Shown here piece after piece: positions 15,051 to 23,228 of a stretch of DNA of 26,518 bases. The notes under the pieces were generated by a model, which was given only the letters and a program-made list of their open reading frames with translations, was not told where the DNA came from and ran no database searches. This DNA is from a virus (lineage: Duplodnaviria; Caudoviricetes). The translations under genes and the position numbers were made by a program. Position 1 is the first letter of the stretch. The number at the start of each line of letters is the position of its first letter. The stretch is taken from the IMG/VR virus record IMGVR_UViG_3300027644_000051, positions 1-26,518 of that record; one strand, 5' to 3'.

Positions 15051-17114
15051 TTAAAACGGTGAAACATACGGCTTGTCCTTCTTTATTTCTCGCGGCATGA
15101 TCCAGCAGTATTCCCCTACCGATGTCTTGTGGTAGCCCACCAATCCCTTGTCAAACATGGCCCTCTTACCGCGGTCCCAGTCGGTGTAAATGCTCTTACT
15201 ATCTGCCTTGCGCTTAACAAATTCCTCTCTCCACTCGGCCAACATCACCGTCTTATGGCGCTCCTCACCTACGTTTGTCATATGACCGTTCTTCTCCAGC
15301 GCCGTCTGAATTGACTCGAATGCTGCCAACTGGTTGCCGTACAGCGTGCGTGGTTTGTCCTGGCGTTTCACTGAATCAGCCTGCGCCTGCTGCTGCATCG
15401 CCTCGTCACTCGCTCTCACGGCCAGGCTAATCTGTGCGTCGCTGATGCCTAGTGCGCTGGCCTTGATCTCCACCTTGACCATCTCAAAGCCTATCTTGAC
15501 TCCGGTCTCGCCGTCCTTCTGTTTTGACACTGTAAGGATTCCGCTGCCAGCCACCTGGCTTGCCAGGTTGGGAGTTGCGTCAACCTTCATCAGTTCCAGC
15601 TGGGTGTCCACCGCACCTAATAGGCTTGAGTGTCCTCGCAGACCAGCCAAAATGTTTTTTCCTGAATGATGAACAACCATCAGGGAGCAGCCCAACATCC
15701 GCTGAATCCTTCCCGTGTTGTGGATAAATGCCGCCATATCTTCCGAGTTGTTCTCGTTGCCTGCGCCAAACGCTCTGGCTAACGTGTCAATTTGGACTAA
15801 CTCAAACTGGACGCCGGTCTTCTCCATCAAATCCTTTATGGATGCCATTAGCAGATCAAAGTCATCCGCGCTCGATCTCAGGTTCAGCGCGGCCCTGATG
15901 ACGTAGATTTCGGTTCCCGCTGGCGTCTTGTTGTAAATCTTGCACGCCTTGATGCGTGCGCCTACACCGCCAAATCCCTCTCCGCAGATGTAGAGGACTG
16001 CACCTGGCGTTTCCACCTCGCGTCCCATCCACTGGTTGCCAGTAGCAATTGCTTCGGCAATCGAGAGCGCCACAAATGACTTAAAACTGCCAGGTGGACC
16101 GTAGAGTGCCACTAAAGAGCGCCTTGGTAGCAAATCCTTAATTAGCCACTCAACCGGCTCGTCCTCGATGTCGTCCCAAGCCTCGATGTTGAGCAGTTGC
16201 CGCGGTACTAGGGTGGGCGGCTCTTCCTCGGGTAGCGCCTGCACTTCCTCAATCGTTTCTCGTGGGACAATCCACTCAGGCGTCACTACCTGACCCACAC
16301 TGGTGATCACCGGCAGCGCCTTGGCGAGTTCTGCCAGCTTGGCCCTATCCCCGCCATCCGCCACCCACTCGTAGGCATCGTCACCCAGATCCGGTAAGTT
16401 GAAGTCGAGCACGCGGATCGCCTTGGCGACCGGCAGCAACGCCTGCACTACGCGCTTTGCGTACTTCCAGCCTGGCGCGTCGCAGTCCGGAACCACTATC
16501 ACCACCGCGCCAGCAAAGTATTGGGTGATGTCCTCCGGCCAGTGCCCAGCACCAGCGTGGGACGTTGTGGCGATCGCACCTATGCTGACCAGGGCATCCG
16601 CTGCCTTCTCACCTTCCACCAAGTAGATGGCGCGTCCGGCTTCCCTGGCGTTGATGAGTTCCGGCAGTCGGTAGGGCACTATCCGCGCCCCTGTCATGCT
16701 GCCTTGGCGCCGTCCCGCAGCATCCACCTTGTGAAGGCTGTACGTCTTACCTTTTTCAGAATTTACTTTGAAGCGGCGCTTTACAAATAGGGTATCTCCT
16801 ACCTCGTCCTTGTATTCCCACTCCTGCTCCAGCGTTGGCATTGTCATCAATTCACCTTTGATAAGCGCGAGACTGTACTCCTGGCGCTGGAGTGCTGGCA
16901 ATAAGTTGCGTTCCCTAACAGCGTCAAACACCGAGTGCTGGTCGCAGCCACCATGACAATGGAATAAGAGTTTCCCATTGTCTTCCTTGATGGACAGGGA
17001 CGGGTTTTTGTCCCCGTTGCCTCTGCCGTGGCCAGCTACAGGGCAACTAGCGAGCCAGTTCCCGTTCACTTGCTTGGCGTTGCCTAGGGCTTTGGCTATT
17101 GTTTCAGTGTCCAT
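15051..17114 (-). CDS. Primase-helicase (Zn finger + TOPRIM + AAA_25/RepA-like helicase)
   Basis: CPVAGH...CHGGC, LVEGEKAAD, PDCD, Walker A GPPGSFKS, IDTLAR, VVHHSGK, LRGHSSL. Confidence 0.92.
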   Translation of the reverse strand: MDTETIAKALGNAKQVNGNWLASCPVAGHGRGNGDKNPSLSIKEDNGKLLFHCHGGCDQHSVFDAVRERNLLPALQRQEYSLALIKGELMTMPTLEQEWEYKDEVGDTLFVKRRFKVNSEKGKTYSLHKVDAAGRRQGSMTGARIVPYRLPELINAREAGRAIYLVEGEKAADALVSIGAIATTSHAGAGHWPEDITQYFAGAVVIVVPDCDAPGWKYAKRVVQALLPVAKAIRVLDFNLPDLGDDAYEWVADGGDRAKLAELAKALPVITSVGQVVTPEWIVPRETIEEVQALPEEEPPTLVPRQLLNIEAWDDIEDEPVEWLIKDLLPRRSLVALYGPPGSFKSFVALSIAEAIATGNQWMGREVETPGAVLYICGEGFGGVGARIKACKIYNKTPAGTEIYVIRAALNLRSSADDFDLLMASIKDLMEKTGVQFELVQIDTLARAFGAGNENNSEDMAAFIHNTGRIQRMLGCSLMVVHHSGKNILAGLRGHSSLLGAVDTQLELMKVDATPNLASQVAGSGILTVSKQKDGETGVKIGFEMVKVEIKASALGISDAQISLAVRASDEAMQQQAQADSVKRQDKPRTLYGNQLAAFESIQTALEKNGHMTNVGEERHKTVMLAEWREEFVKRKADSKSIYTDWDRGKRAMFDKGLVGYHKTSVGEYCWIMPREIKKDKPYVSPF

Positions 17115-17138
17115 TTTCTCGTTCTCAATTTTTAGAGG

Positions 17139-17169
17139 AAAAAAAGCCGGTGGAGATCAACCCACCGGC
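17139..17169 (-). terminator. Rho-independent terminator between ssb-like gene and primase-helicase
   Basis: On the - strand: GCCGGTGG-N8-CCACCGGC followed by seven T. Confidence 0.85.
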
Positions 17170-17183
17170 CACCAGACTACTGG

Positions 17184-17774
17184 TTAGAAAAACTCTTCGT
17201 CATCCATCACAGGCGCAGGCGCAGGCTTGGCTGCTTTACGAACAGGAACACTAAAAGCTGGGAATGCTGGCTCCGGCTCAACAAAGTCATCACCATCCGC
17301 GTTCATGCCAGCAGGACGCGCAACCCAACTCACCAATTTAAAGTTCGGAACTCGCGTGTTGCCCTTGCCAACCTTCTCAGGCGTCGAGTTAACGTACTCG
17401 ATGACCGGCAGCTTGCCGCCGTTGTCGCCTGCAGCCTTGTCGGCCTCGTTGTAGATTTTTTCGAATCCTTTACATGGCCCGTAAGCGTTCGCCGACCAAT
17501 CGACCAGGCCAAGTTCCTTTGAGTACAGGGTCACAACAAACCCGCGCTTGTAGCCCTCACCAGGTGATTGGCTTTTGGCTCCAAGCACCTCATCAGGCTG
17601 CCAATCGCGTACACCAGCACCAATCATCAGCCAGCCGGTCTGCACCGAGTCCAGGTCCATGACCACCTTCTTGAGTTGGATTTCCTCACCATCGCGGTTC
17701 GTCCAGGCGTTGGCCTGGGGAGCAAAGCGGATGTAGCTGTTTCCAGATCCGTTGTTGTTTGAAAGATTTAGCAT
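17184..17774 (-). CDS. Putative single-stranded DNA-binding protein
   Basis: Beta-rich core, Pro/Ala linker and acidic-aromatic tail (MDDEEFF); between exonuclease and primase. Confidence 0.65.
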   Translation of the reverse strand: MLNLSNNNGSGNSYIRFAPQANAWTNRDGEEIQLKKVVMDLDSVQTGWLMIGAGVRDWQPDEVLGAKSQSPGEGYKRGFVVTLYSKELGLVDWSANAYGPCKGFEKIYNEADKAAGDNGGKLPVIEYVNSTPEKVGKGNTRVPNFKLVSWVARPAGMNADGDDFVEPEPAFPAFSVPVRKAAKPAPAPVMDDEEFF

Positions 17775-17809
17775 TTCAGTTTCCTAAAGTTACGGGCTTG
17801 CGCCCAATG

Positions 17810-18865
17810 TCAGATGTCGGAGGATTCCAACATCTTTGCCAGAGTCAGTCCACTTGAGACCTTCTCTGTCAAATCGTCGAGCAGATGCCGGTCATCTTTG
17901 CTCAGTAATTTCTCAGCTTGCGCTACCGTGATTGGCTCGCTCTTGTACAGCTTGGCGGTTTCAATTGGCAAGTCGCTGATGTCGATGTCTGCCTTCCACT
18001 TGCGGATAGCGCGTTTCGGGACCAGGTTCCAGCCTGGCACTGCAGCGCCGTCCTCAAGGCGCTTGGTCGCCACCTTTTTCAACTCCTCGTAGAAAGCCTC
18101 CACCAGCTCACCCTGCTCCAGCCAGGTAGCAATCTCGCTCTCGCTGAGTTCCTTGGTAGGCGCTAGTGGTAACTCGTAAGCCTTCTCGCGCAGGGCTGGA
18201 CATACTAACTTAGCTGGGCAATACTTGCAGGCATCGCGTGACGGGGTAGGGTAGGCGTTCATCGTAACGATCTCGTTGACCGCCTTCATGAGTTCGTTAT
18301 CGCGCCACTCGTTCAGTTCGGCCAGCGTCATCTGATGAGTACGGTTCGCGCCGACCTGGGGCTGAACAATTGTTAGGCGAACCGTGTTGAAGTCCCCCAG
18401 CTCACGCATCATCGCCAGCGCGTAAATCTTCAACTGAGGCGAGTCAGCGTCAACATAGTTGCGGCCCGTCTTGAGGTCCACGATCTCGATGATGCTGTCC
18501 TTGACGCTGTAGCCGACAACGTCGCACGTCCCAGATAGTGACACTTGCATGGTGTTCAGCACCGTACAGTGTTGCTCCACCAGAACCCGCCCTAGCTCAT
18601 TCTCCAGGCGCTTGATGGTGTCCAGGTGCAACTGCGCGAACTCGGCGTTCTGCTCGGTGATGACAATCTGCTCGACCATCTTGTTTATGTAGTTCTTTGG
18701 GTCATCCTCTGTCTGCCAGCACAACTCGGCCAAAGCGTGAATAGCTGTCCCGGTTTGCGCTGCATCGCCACTCGGCGACTCAGGGATGCCGACTGACAGG
18801 TGGACACTGGCAGGGCACGCCATCCAGCGTGCGGCGGCGCTTGGCCTTAGTTTGATACGTTCCAT
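17810..18865 (-). CDS. Cas4-like PD-(D/E)XK exonuclease (DUF2800-like)
   Basis: RPSAAARWMACP, GTAIH, GTCD, DLKTG, QLKIYA, CKYCPAKLVC. Confidence 0.88.
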   Translation of the reverse strand: MERIKLRPSAAARWMACPASVHLSVGIPESPSGDAAQTGTAIHALAELCWQTEDDPKNYINKMVEQIVITEQNAEFAQLHLDTIKRLENELGRVLVEQHCTVLNTMQVSLSGTCDVVGYSVKDSIIEIVDLKTGRNYVDADSPQLKIYALAMMRELGDFNTVRLTIVQPQVGANRTHQMTLAELNEWRDNELMKAVNEIVTMNAYPTPSRDACKYCPAKLVCPALREKAYELPLAPTKELSESEIATWLEQGELVEAFYEELKKVATKRLEDGAAVPGWNLVPKRAIRKWKADIDISDLPIETAKLYKSEPITVAQAEKLLSKDDRHLLDDLTEKVSSGLTLAKMLESSDI

Positions 18866-19068
18866 TTTTCTCTCTCTCTTTCGTGGTCGTTTGAAATGAT
18901 TGCGTAGGCTTGTTTGCGTACCTCGTTAGTGACCGCGTGCCCCAGGTCATCGGGGTCCAGCAGGCGCTTGAGCAGCACAGTCTTTTCGCGTGAGGAGTCG
19001 CGCTCACGCTCTAGCTGGGTTCCCAACCAGATAATGTGCTCGCGCATGGTGCGCAGTTGGTCAAGCAT
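18847..19068 (-). CDS. Hypothetical protein (73 aa)
   Basis: Overlaps both neighbours; LLDPDDLGHAVTNEVR segment. Confidence 0.75.
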   Translation of the reverse strand: MLDQLRTMREHIIWLGTQLERERDSSREKTVLLKRLLDPDDLGHAVTNEVRKQAYAIISNDHEREREKWNVSN

Positions 19069-19540
19069 TTTTCGTTATGTACCAGTACGCGATCAGGGCA
19101 GCATCTGCGCGGCCATCGTCCTTTGCACGCTTGAACAGATCGGCTTTGCTTGGGAACAGTTCCATAGCCCTCATGCGAGACGCATCTTTACCCGCTGCGC
19201 GGCCCACAGCCTTCGTCCAGGTGGCAGGGGTGACGTAGGTGTTTGGCATCTCCAAAGCGGCCACAACGCCCTCTATGATGCCTGCACTGCGCCCAAAGTT
19301 AAACATACTCGTAACGCCCTGCCCTGGCATAGCGCCAACCTTCTCAATGACGATGTGCGTGTCAGTAAATCCCACCAAATAGTTAGCGAGACTCACCGCG
19401 CTGATGTGGCGTTTTTTTGTCTTGCCTGATTCCACTTCCAGCGTGGGCATATCAATGATTTCAACCAGTTTTTTGGTGTACCAATCAAACACAGCAATTG
19501 CTCCGCTGATGCCTGGGTCGATGCCGATGACGTAGCTCAT
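19061..19540 (-). CDS. RuvC-like Holliday junction resolvase
   Basis: Start re-called to ATG 19540 (AAGGAG SD, ATGA overlap). IGIDPG, IEKV, FNFG, DDGRADAALIA. Confidence 0.88.
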   Translation of the reverse strand: MSYVIGIDPGISGAIAVFDWYTKKLVEIIDMPTLEVESGKTKKRHISAVSLANYLVGFTDTHIVIEKVGAMPGQGVTSMFNFGRSAGIIEGVVAALEMPNTYVTPATWTKAVGRAAGKDASRMRAMELFPSKADLFKRAKDDGRADAALIAYWYITKNA

Positions 19541-19767
19541 GCCTGGCTCTCCTTCTGTAGCTGCGCCAGCCTGGCTTCCACCAAGGCATCGCAAGCCGCC
19601 TGCAAATTGATAACTGCCGAGTACAGGGGAACGACCTTGCCGGTAGACCAGCGCGAGACCTGGGCCTTGTCAATACCTGCCGCGTATGCGACATCGCTCA
19701 GAGTGAAACCGGAGCGTTCCGCTTTCTCGCGGATGGCCCTGATGGCAGCTTGTGTAGTGGATTCCAT
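19537..19767 (-). CDS. Cro/XRE-like HTH regulator (76 aa)
   Basis: LSDVAYAAGIDKAQVSRWSTGKVVP; first gene of the leftward operon. Confidence 0.85.
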   Translation of the reverse strand: MESTTQAAIRAIREKAERSGFTLSDVAYAAGIDKAQVSRWSTGKVVPLYSAVINLQAACDALVEARLAQLQKESQA

Positions 19768-19906
19768 GATTAGATTATCATCTCCTTGTTGACGCATTCT
19801 ACACCAAAAAGACTAGGTGTTTTCCCTAATGCATTTCGCAACTGCTGTTTGTGATGCAGTAATCAACTGCGATATGATGCGTCCGTCATCAACAAACGGA
19901 GATAAT
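19768..19906. promoter_or_regulatory. Divergent promoter region
   Basis: Rightward -10 TATGAT (19873-19878) preceded by the inverted repeat GCAGT-N5-ACTGC. Leftward TAGAAT and GATAAT -10-like hexamers. TAGG-N7-CCTA at 19814-19828. Confidence 0.55.
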
Positions 19907-20206
19907 ATGAAACTCACCAACTACCAGCGCAGCCAGCTTAAGGCTGCCGCTTGCTTCGGAGGCGCTCAGATAGACAAGGTCGCCGCCAGCTTGCAGCGCG
20001 AGAACCCAGAGGCGTTTTTGCGCGAGTCGGAACTGCACCAGCGCAACTTCTACCATGAGCCTATGAGTTACGGGTCACCCGTACCCCACCGGTCCTACGT
20101 CCAGCGTCTTGTGGTTCGCCGCCGTGAGTTGGACAATGAGCAGCGCCTGATCATGGCGCAGAACCACTACCTTGAGCAAACCTTTCAGATCGGAGTCGGA
20201 GCATGA
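19907..20206 (+). CDS. Early hypothetical protein (99 aa)
   Basis: Start re-called to ATG 19907 after GGAG SD. Confidence 0.8.
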   Translation: MKLTNYQRSQLKAAACFGGAQIDKVAASLQRENPEAFLRESELHQRNFYHEPMSYGSPVPHRSYVQRLVVRRRELDNEQRLIMAQNHYLEQTFQIGVGA

Positions 20207-20289
20207 AACAGCTTTTTCTTGACGCGGCACTCTCTGTCGCAATCCTCGCCGGCCTGTCCTATGTACTCACGCAGTGGTGGTTCGCATGA
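20203..20289 (+). CDS. 28-aa single-TM peptide, missed by the ORF track
   Basis: MKQLFLDAALSVAILAGLSYVLTQWWFA; ATGA overlaps at both ends. Confidence 0.7.
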   Translation: MKQLFLDAALSVAILAGLSYVLTQWWFA

Positions 20290-20534
20290 TGAACCCACTA
20301 GAGATTGAGATCAAGCGCACAGTGTTCGCGCACCTACCCGCAGTCGGAGACTTCGGCATCCTGTCACGCGGCGACCTTGCCACGGTCCTGCACACTGCCT
20401 GCACCGAGGCTGCCCTGGCAGGCTGGGCGCGTGGTGCTGATTCTGTGCAACGCCGCCTGGATCAAGAGATGGAGATCCTGCGCCAGGAGTTGAAGTCAAT
20501 CCAGATTGAGCTGGACTATGCCAAGGCGAATTAG
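20286..20534 (+). CDS. Early hypothetical protein with C-terminal coiled coil
   Basis: ATG 20286 overlaps the upstream TGA. Confidence 0.75.
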   Translation: MMNPLEIEIKRTVFAHLPAVGDFGILSRGDLATVLHTACTEAALAGWARGADSVQRRLDQEMEILRQELKSIQIELDYAKAN

Positions 20535-20646
20535 CCTAGTCGTGCTGGCGCTCTGCGCCATGCTGTTTATTTTTGATTCTGAGGAGTACGCATCATGGAT
20601 ACAGACGATGAGATCGAGTCCTGGGCAAGCATTGCTTTGGGCCTGA
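20518..20646 (+). CDS. Possible 42-aa signal-anchor peptide
   Basis: MPRRISLVVLALCAMLFIFDSEEYASWIQTMRSSPGQALLWA; basic N-terminus plus hydrophobic stretch, but overlaps the next gene by 52 bp. Confidence 0.4.
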   Translation: MPRRISLVVLALCAMLFIFDSEEYASWIQTMRSSPGQALLWA

Positions 20647-20780
20647 TTGCCAGTATATTTTTCTTCATTGGCCTAATGGCCGTTGTAGCCGCAGCCTGTA
20701 TGGCCTTTGGCTACTTCACCTACCAACCACTTTGCGGCAGCATTGCCGCGCTGTTCACCCAGGAGTGCAAGCTAACATGA
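20595..20780 (+). CDS. Small membrane protein (61 aa)
   Basis: GAGGAG SD; long hydrophobic segment. Confidence 0.75.
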   Translation: MDTDDEIESWASIALGLIASIFFFIGLMAVVAAACMAFGYFTYQPLCGSIAALFTQECKLT

Positions 20781-21031
20781 CCGGATTTAATTCAAAGCGG
20801 CGTATGGCTGCGGACAAGGCGCAAGACGGTAAATGCAAGTTGTGCATTCACGGATGTGCGGCTTGTGATGCTAGGGCACAGCCAGCGCAGGAGCGCGAAT
20901 GGGTAGGGCTGACAGTTCAAGAGCGCAATGACTGCTTAGTGCAGGCAGACCCAAATGAATGCCTCAATGACCTTGAAGCGCATCAATTGATGGTTGAGGT
21001 AGAGGCCAAGTTAAAGGAAAAAAACTTATGA
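20777..21031 (+). CDS. Early hypothetical protein with CxxC...CxxC (84 aa)
   Basis: ATG 20777 (ATGA overlap); CKLCIHGCAAC; WVGLT...EAKLKEKN tail. Confidence 0.75.
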   Translation: MTGFNSKRRMAADKAQDGKCKLCIHGCAACDARAQPAQEREWVGLTVQERNDCLVQADPNECLNDLEAHQLMVEVEAKLKEKNL

Positions 21032-21210
21032 GTAAACGTGACTTAGCATTGGATAGCCTCACCCGCATTTGCGAGATACAGCAGAGACTGATCAACCAAC
21101 TGATTGCTATGGAGCAGAACTCTTATGCGCGTGGGTATGAAGATGGAATGGCGGCGCAGGCCGAGGTGGACATTGCATTAAATGAAATTGCGTCTGGCGA
21201 GTCCAAATGA
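21028..21210 (+). CDS. Early hypothetical protein (60 aa)
   Basis: AAGGA SD; ATGA overlaps; YARGYEDG motif. Confidence 0.75.
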   Translation: MSKRDLALDSLTRICEIQQRLINQLIAMEQNSYARGYEDGMAAQAEVDIALNEIASGESK

Positions 21211-21377
21211 TTTGCCCAGAATGCAACGCCTGGACCCGAGTGCTGGAGACCAGGCACAAATACGACAATGAAGTCTATCGCCGGTATGAGTGCGCCAATG
21301 GCCACCGGTTCTCAACGATGGAAAGAGTGAAACTTAAAGAGGTGAAAAATGCAGATAATAGCGATATTCCAGAATGA
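21207..21377 (+). CDS. Zinc-ribbon protein resembling the NrdR N-terminal ribbon (56 aa), missed by the ORF track
   Basis: MICPECNAWTRVLETRHKYDNEVYRRYECANGHRFSTMERV... Confidence 0.8.
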   Translation: MICPECNAWTRVLETRHKYDNEVYRRYECANGHRFSTMERVKLKEVKNADNSDIPE

Positions 21378-21540
21378 TGATGAGGCCATCAAGGCCATTC
21401 ACTCGGAACTTGCCTGGCAGACATTGCACGACATCAATCAAGTGCTGCGCCTAAATAGAAAACACGGCCTACCTTTTGAGCAGGCCGTGTCTCAGATACA
21501 GGAATCTGTGAACGATGCCCTGGCGCTGATTCCGGATTAA
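21349..21540 (+). CDS. Early hypothetical protein (63 aa)
   Basis: GAGGTG SD; last + strand gene, convergent with the acidic protein gene. Confidence 0.75.
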   Translation: MQIIAIFQNDDEAIKAIHSELAWQTLHDINQVLRLNRKHGLPFEQAVSQIQESVNDALALIPD

Positions 21541-21827
21541 GCAGCCTCGGCTTCTTCTTCCTCTTCGTCGTCGTACTCTTCTTCGTCGTCGTACTCTTCT
21601 TCGTCGTCGCCCCAATCTGCCTCGTCGTCTTCGACCAGCAACCACTCGCCGGTCTCTTCGTTCAGCCAGTACCAAGCGTCGTACTCAGCGTCGAACCAGC
21701 AGTAGCAATCTGCCTCGTCGTCGTACTCGTACTCTTCGCCATCTTGAAAGCAATCGACTAACGATTCGCAATCGCTGTTGATTTCTACTTCGGTGGAATT
21801 GTTGATGATAAATGTGAATGAATACAT
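21537..21827 (-). CDS. Hyper-acidic aromatic protein (96 aa)
   Basis: AAGGAG SD; 42 D/E and no K/R/H. Confidence 0.8.
   Translation of the reverse strand: MYSFTFIINNSTEVEINSDCESLVDCFQDGEEYEYDDEADCYCWFDAEYDAWYWLNEETGEWLLVEDDEADWGDDEEEYDDEEEYDDEEEEEAEAA
21562..21609. repeat. 18-bp tandem repeat (about 2.6 copies) encoding DDEEEY
   Basis: Unit TCTTCGTCGTCGTACTCT. Confidence 0.85.
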
Positions 21828-21837
21828 GGTGAACTCC

Positions 21838-22806
21838 TTAAACGTTGATGATCTGACCGCGAAACTCTACCTGATCGTCAGCCCACTTATGAACCAACTC
21901 AGGCCACAAAATCCTACCATTTTTGAATGTCAGGACCGCAAATCCGGACCGGTGGTTCAGCGGGTTACCCTCGCCATAATCAAACTGTGGGCCATAGATT
22001 TCGGCAAGCGTTCCAGTATCTACGCCATACCTGTTGCCCTTAAAATCGGCAAATGGCGTCACCTTCAGCGAGTGCAGATGGCCGGTGACAATCGAGATAC
22101 CGGCGCTCACCGTGTTGTTGTGCGCGGCGTGGACGCCAGATCGATATCGGTGTTTGATGATGCAGTCCGGTGTAGGCCAGACAGACCAGGCAAACTCCCA
22201 GGCTGGGAGGTGGTCTTGCAACTTAAACCCATGCACCTCGCGGTATTGCGGAGCCTGGGACGCCAGCTTATTAGCAAAGCGCGTGTCGTGGTTGCCCCAA
22301 GTAAACAGCAGCTTTACATTGTGCCTGGCTGCCTTGGCCGTCTCCTCGATCTCGCCGAGGTGGGCCTGCACCGCCTTGAGTTCCTCGATAACGCTTGGAG
22401 TCTTGGACCAGCCCAGCGGGTCGTGCCTGCTGATAGTAGCCCCGTCAAAGGCGTCGCCGTTAGAGATAACGGCGTGCGGCTTGAGTTCCTTGATCGCCCA
22501 CAGCAGGCCACGGTACGCGGTGGTGCTCTCGTTAGGCCAGAAGTGCGCATCACTGAAAACGATTATGGTCTGGTCCAATATGCCTAAGTCAACCCGATTG
22601 AGTGATGTCTGTATGGGCTGCATATGCGCATACGGATTGGATCGCTCATCAAAACTGACAAGGGGCTGGTTTGAATCTTTCTCTATCCTGCGCCGTCGGT
22701 TGTAAACAGAACGCTCAGAAACATCCAAATGCTTTGCCACTTCAGCGGCAGAGCCATATCGACTCCAGACATTGATAAACTCTTCACGGGAAACTTTAGG
22801 TTGCAT
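21838..22806 (-). CDS. Calcineurin-like metallophosphoesterase with N-terminal HTH
   Basis: FSDAH, NGDAFDG, GNHD, IKH, GHLH motifs; N-terminal SAAEVAKHLDVSERSVYNR. Start re-called to ATG 22806 (GGAG SD). Confidence 0.88.
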   Translation of the reverse strand: MQPKVSREEFINVWSRYGSAAEVAKHLDVSERSVYNRRRRIEKDSNQPLVSFDERSNPYAHMQPIQTSLNRVDLGILDQTIIVFSDAHFWPNESTTAYRGLLWAIKELKPHAVISNGDAFDGATISRHDPLGWSKTPSVIEELKAVQAHLGEIEETAKAARHNVKLLFTWGNHDTRFANKLASQAPQYREVHGFKLQDHLPAWEFAWSVWPTPDCIIKHRYRSGVHAAHNNTVSAGISIVTGHLHSLKVTPFADFKGNRYGVDTGTLAEIYGPQFDYGEGNPLNHRSGFAVLTFKNGRILWPELVHKWADDQVEFRGQIINV

Positions 22807-22856
22807 GGTGACTCCACAAAGTTGCGTGGAATCTAACATTTATTGATGTAACAAAC

Positions 22857-23228
22857 ATGAAGCCCACCAGACTGAAACAGATTGAGCAGGCACTCAGAAG
22901 GCGCCCCATGACTCGCAAGGAGTTAGCGGCTGCCGTTTTCCTGTCCGAGCGTGCGGTTGAGTACAACATGAAGAAGATGCATGAGCGCGGCCAGGTGTAC
23001 GTCGCAGGCTGGTCCCGCACCAAGGGGACGATTGCCAGGGTCTACGCCTGGGGGATAGGTGTTGACGTTCCCAAGCCACCGGCCTACTCAGGGTATGAGC
23101 GCGTCAAGAAAGCGCGAGCGAATGAGTCCCAGGAGGATAAGGACTTCCGTCGAGCGCGTGAGCGTGCCGCCAGACGAAAGATCAAGGTGCATCCGCTGAT
23201 GGCAGCTTTTTACTCAATCCCCAAGTAG
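22857..23228 (+). CDS. Winged-HTH DNA-binding protein (123 aa)
   Basis: PMTRKELAAAVFLSERAVEYNMKKMHERGQVYV followed by a beta-wing; very basic. Confidence 0.8.
   Translation: MKPTRLKQIEQALRRRPMTRKELAAAVFLSERAVEYNMKKMHERGQVYVAGWSRTKGTIARVYAWGIGVDVPKPPAYSGYERVKKARANESQEDKDFRRARERAARRKIKVHPLMAAFYSIPK

Noticed and set aside
21778-22705. + strand ORFs of 269 and 223 aa
   Set aside because: Opposite a metallophosphoesterase with a complete motif set.
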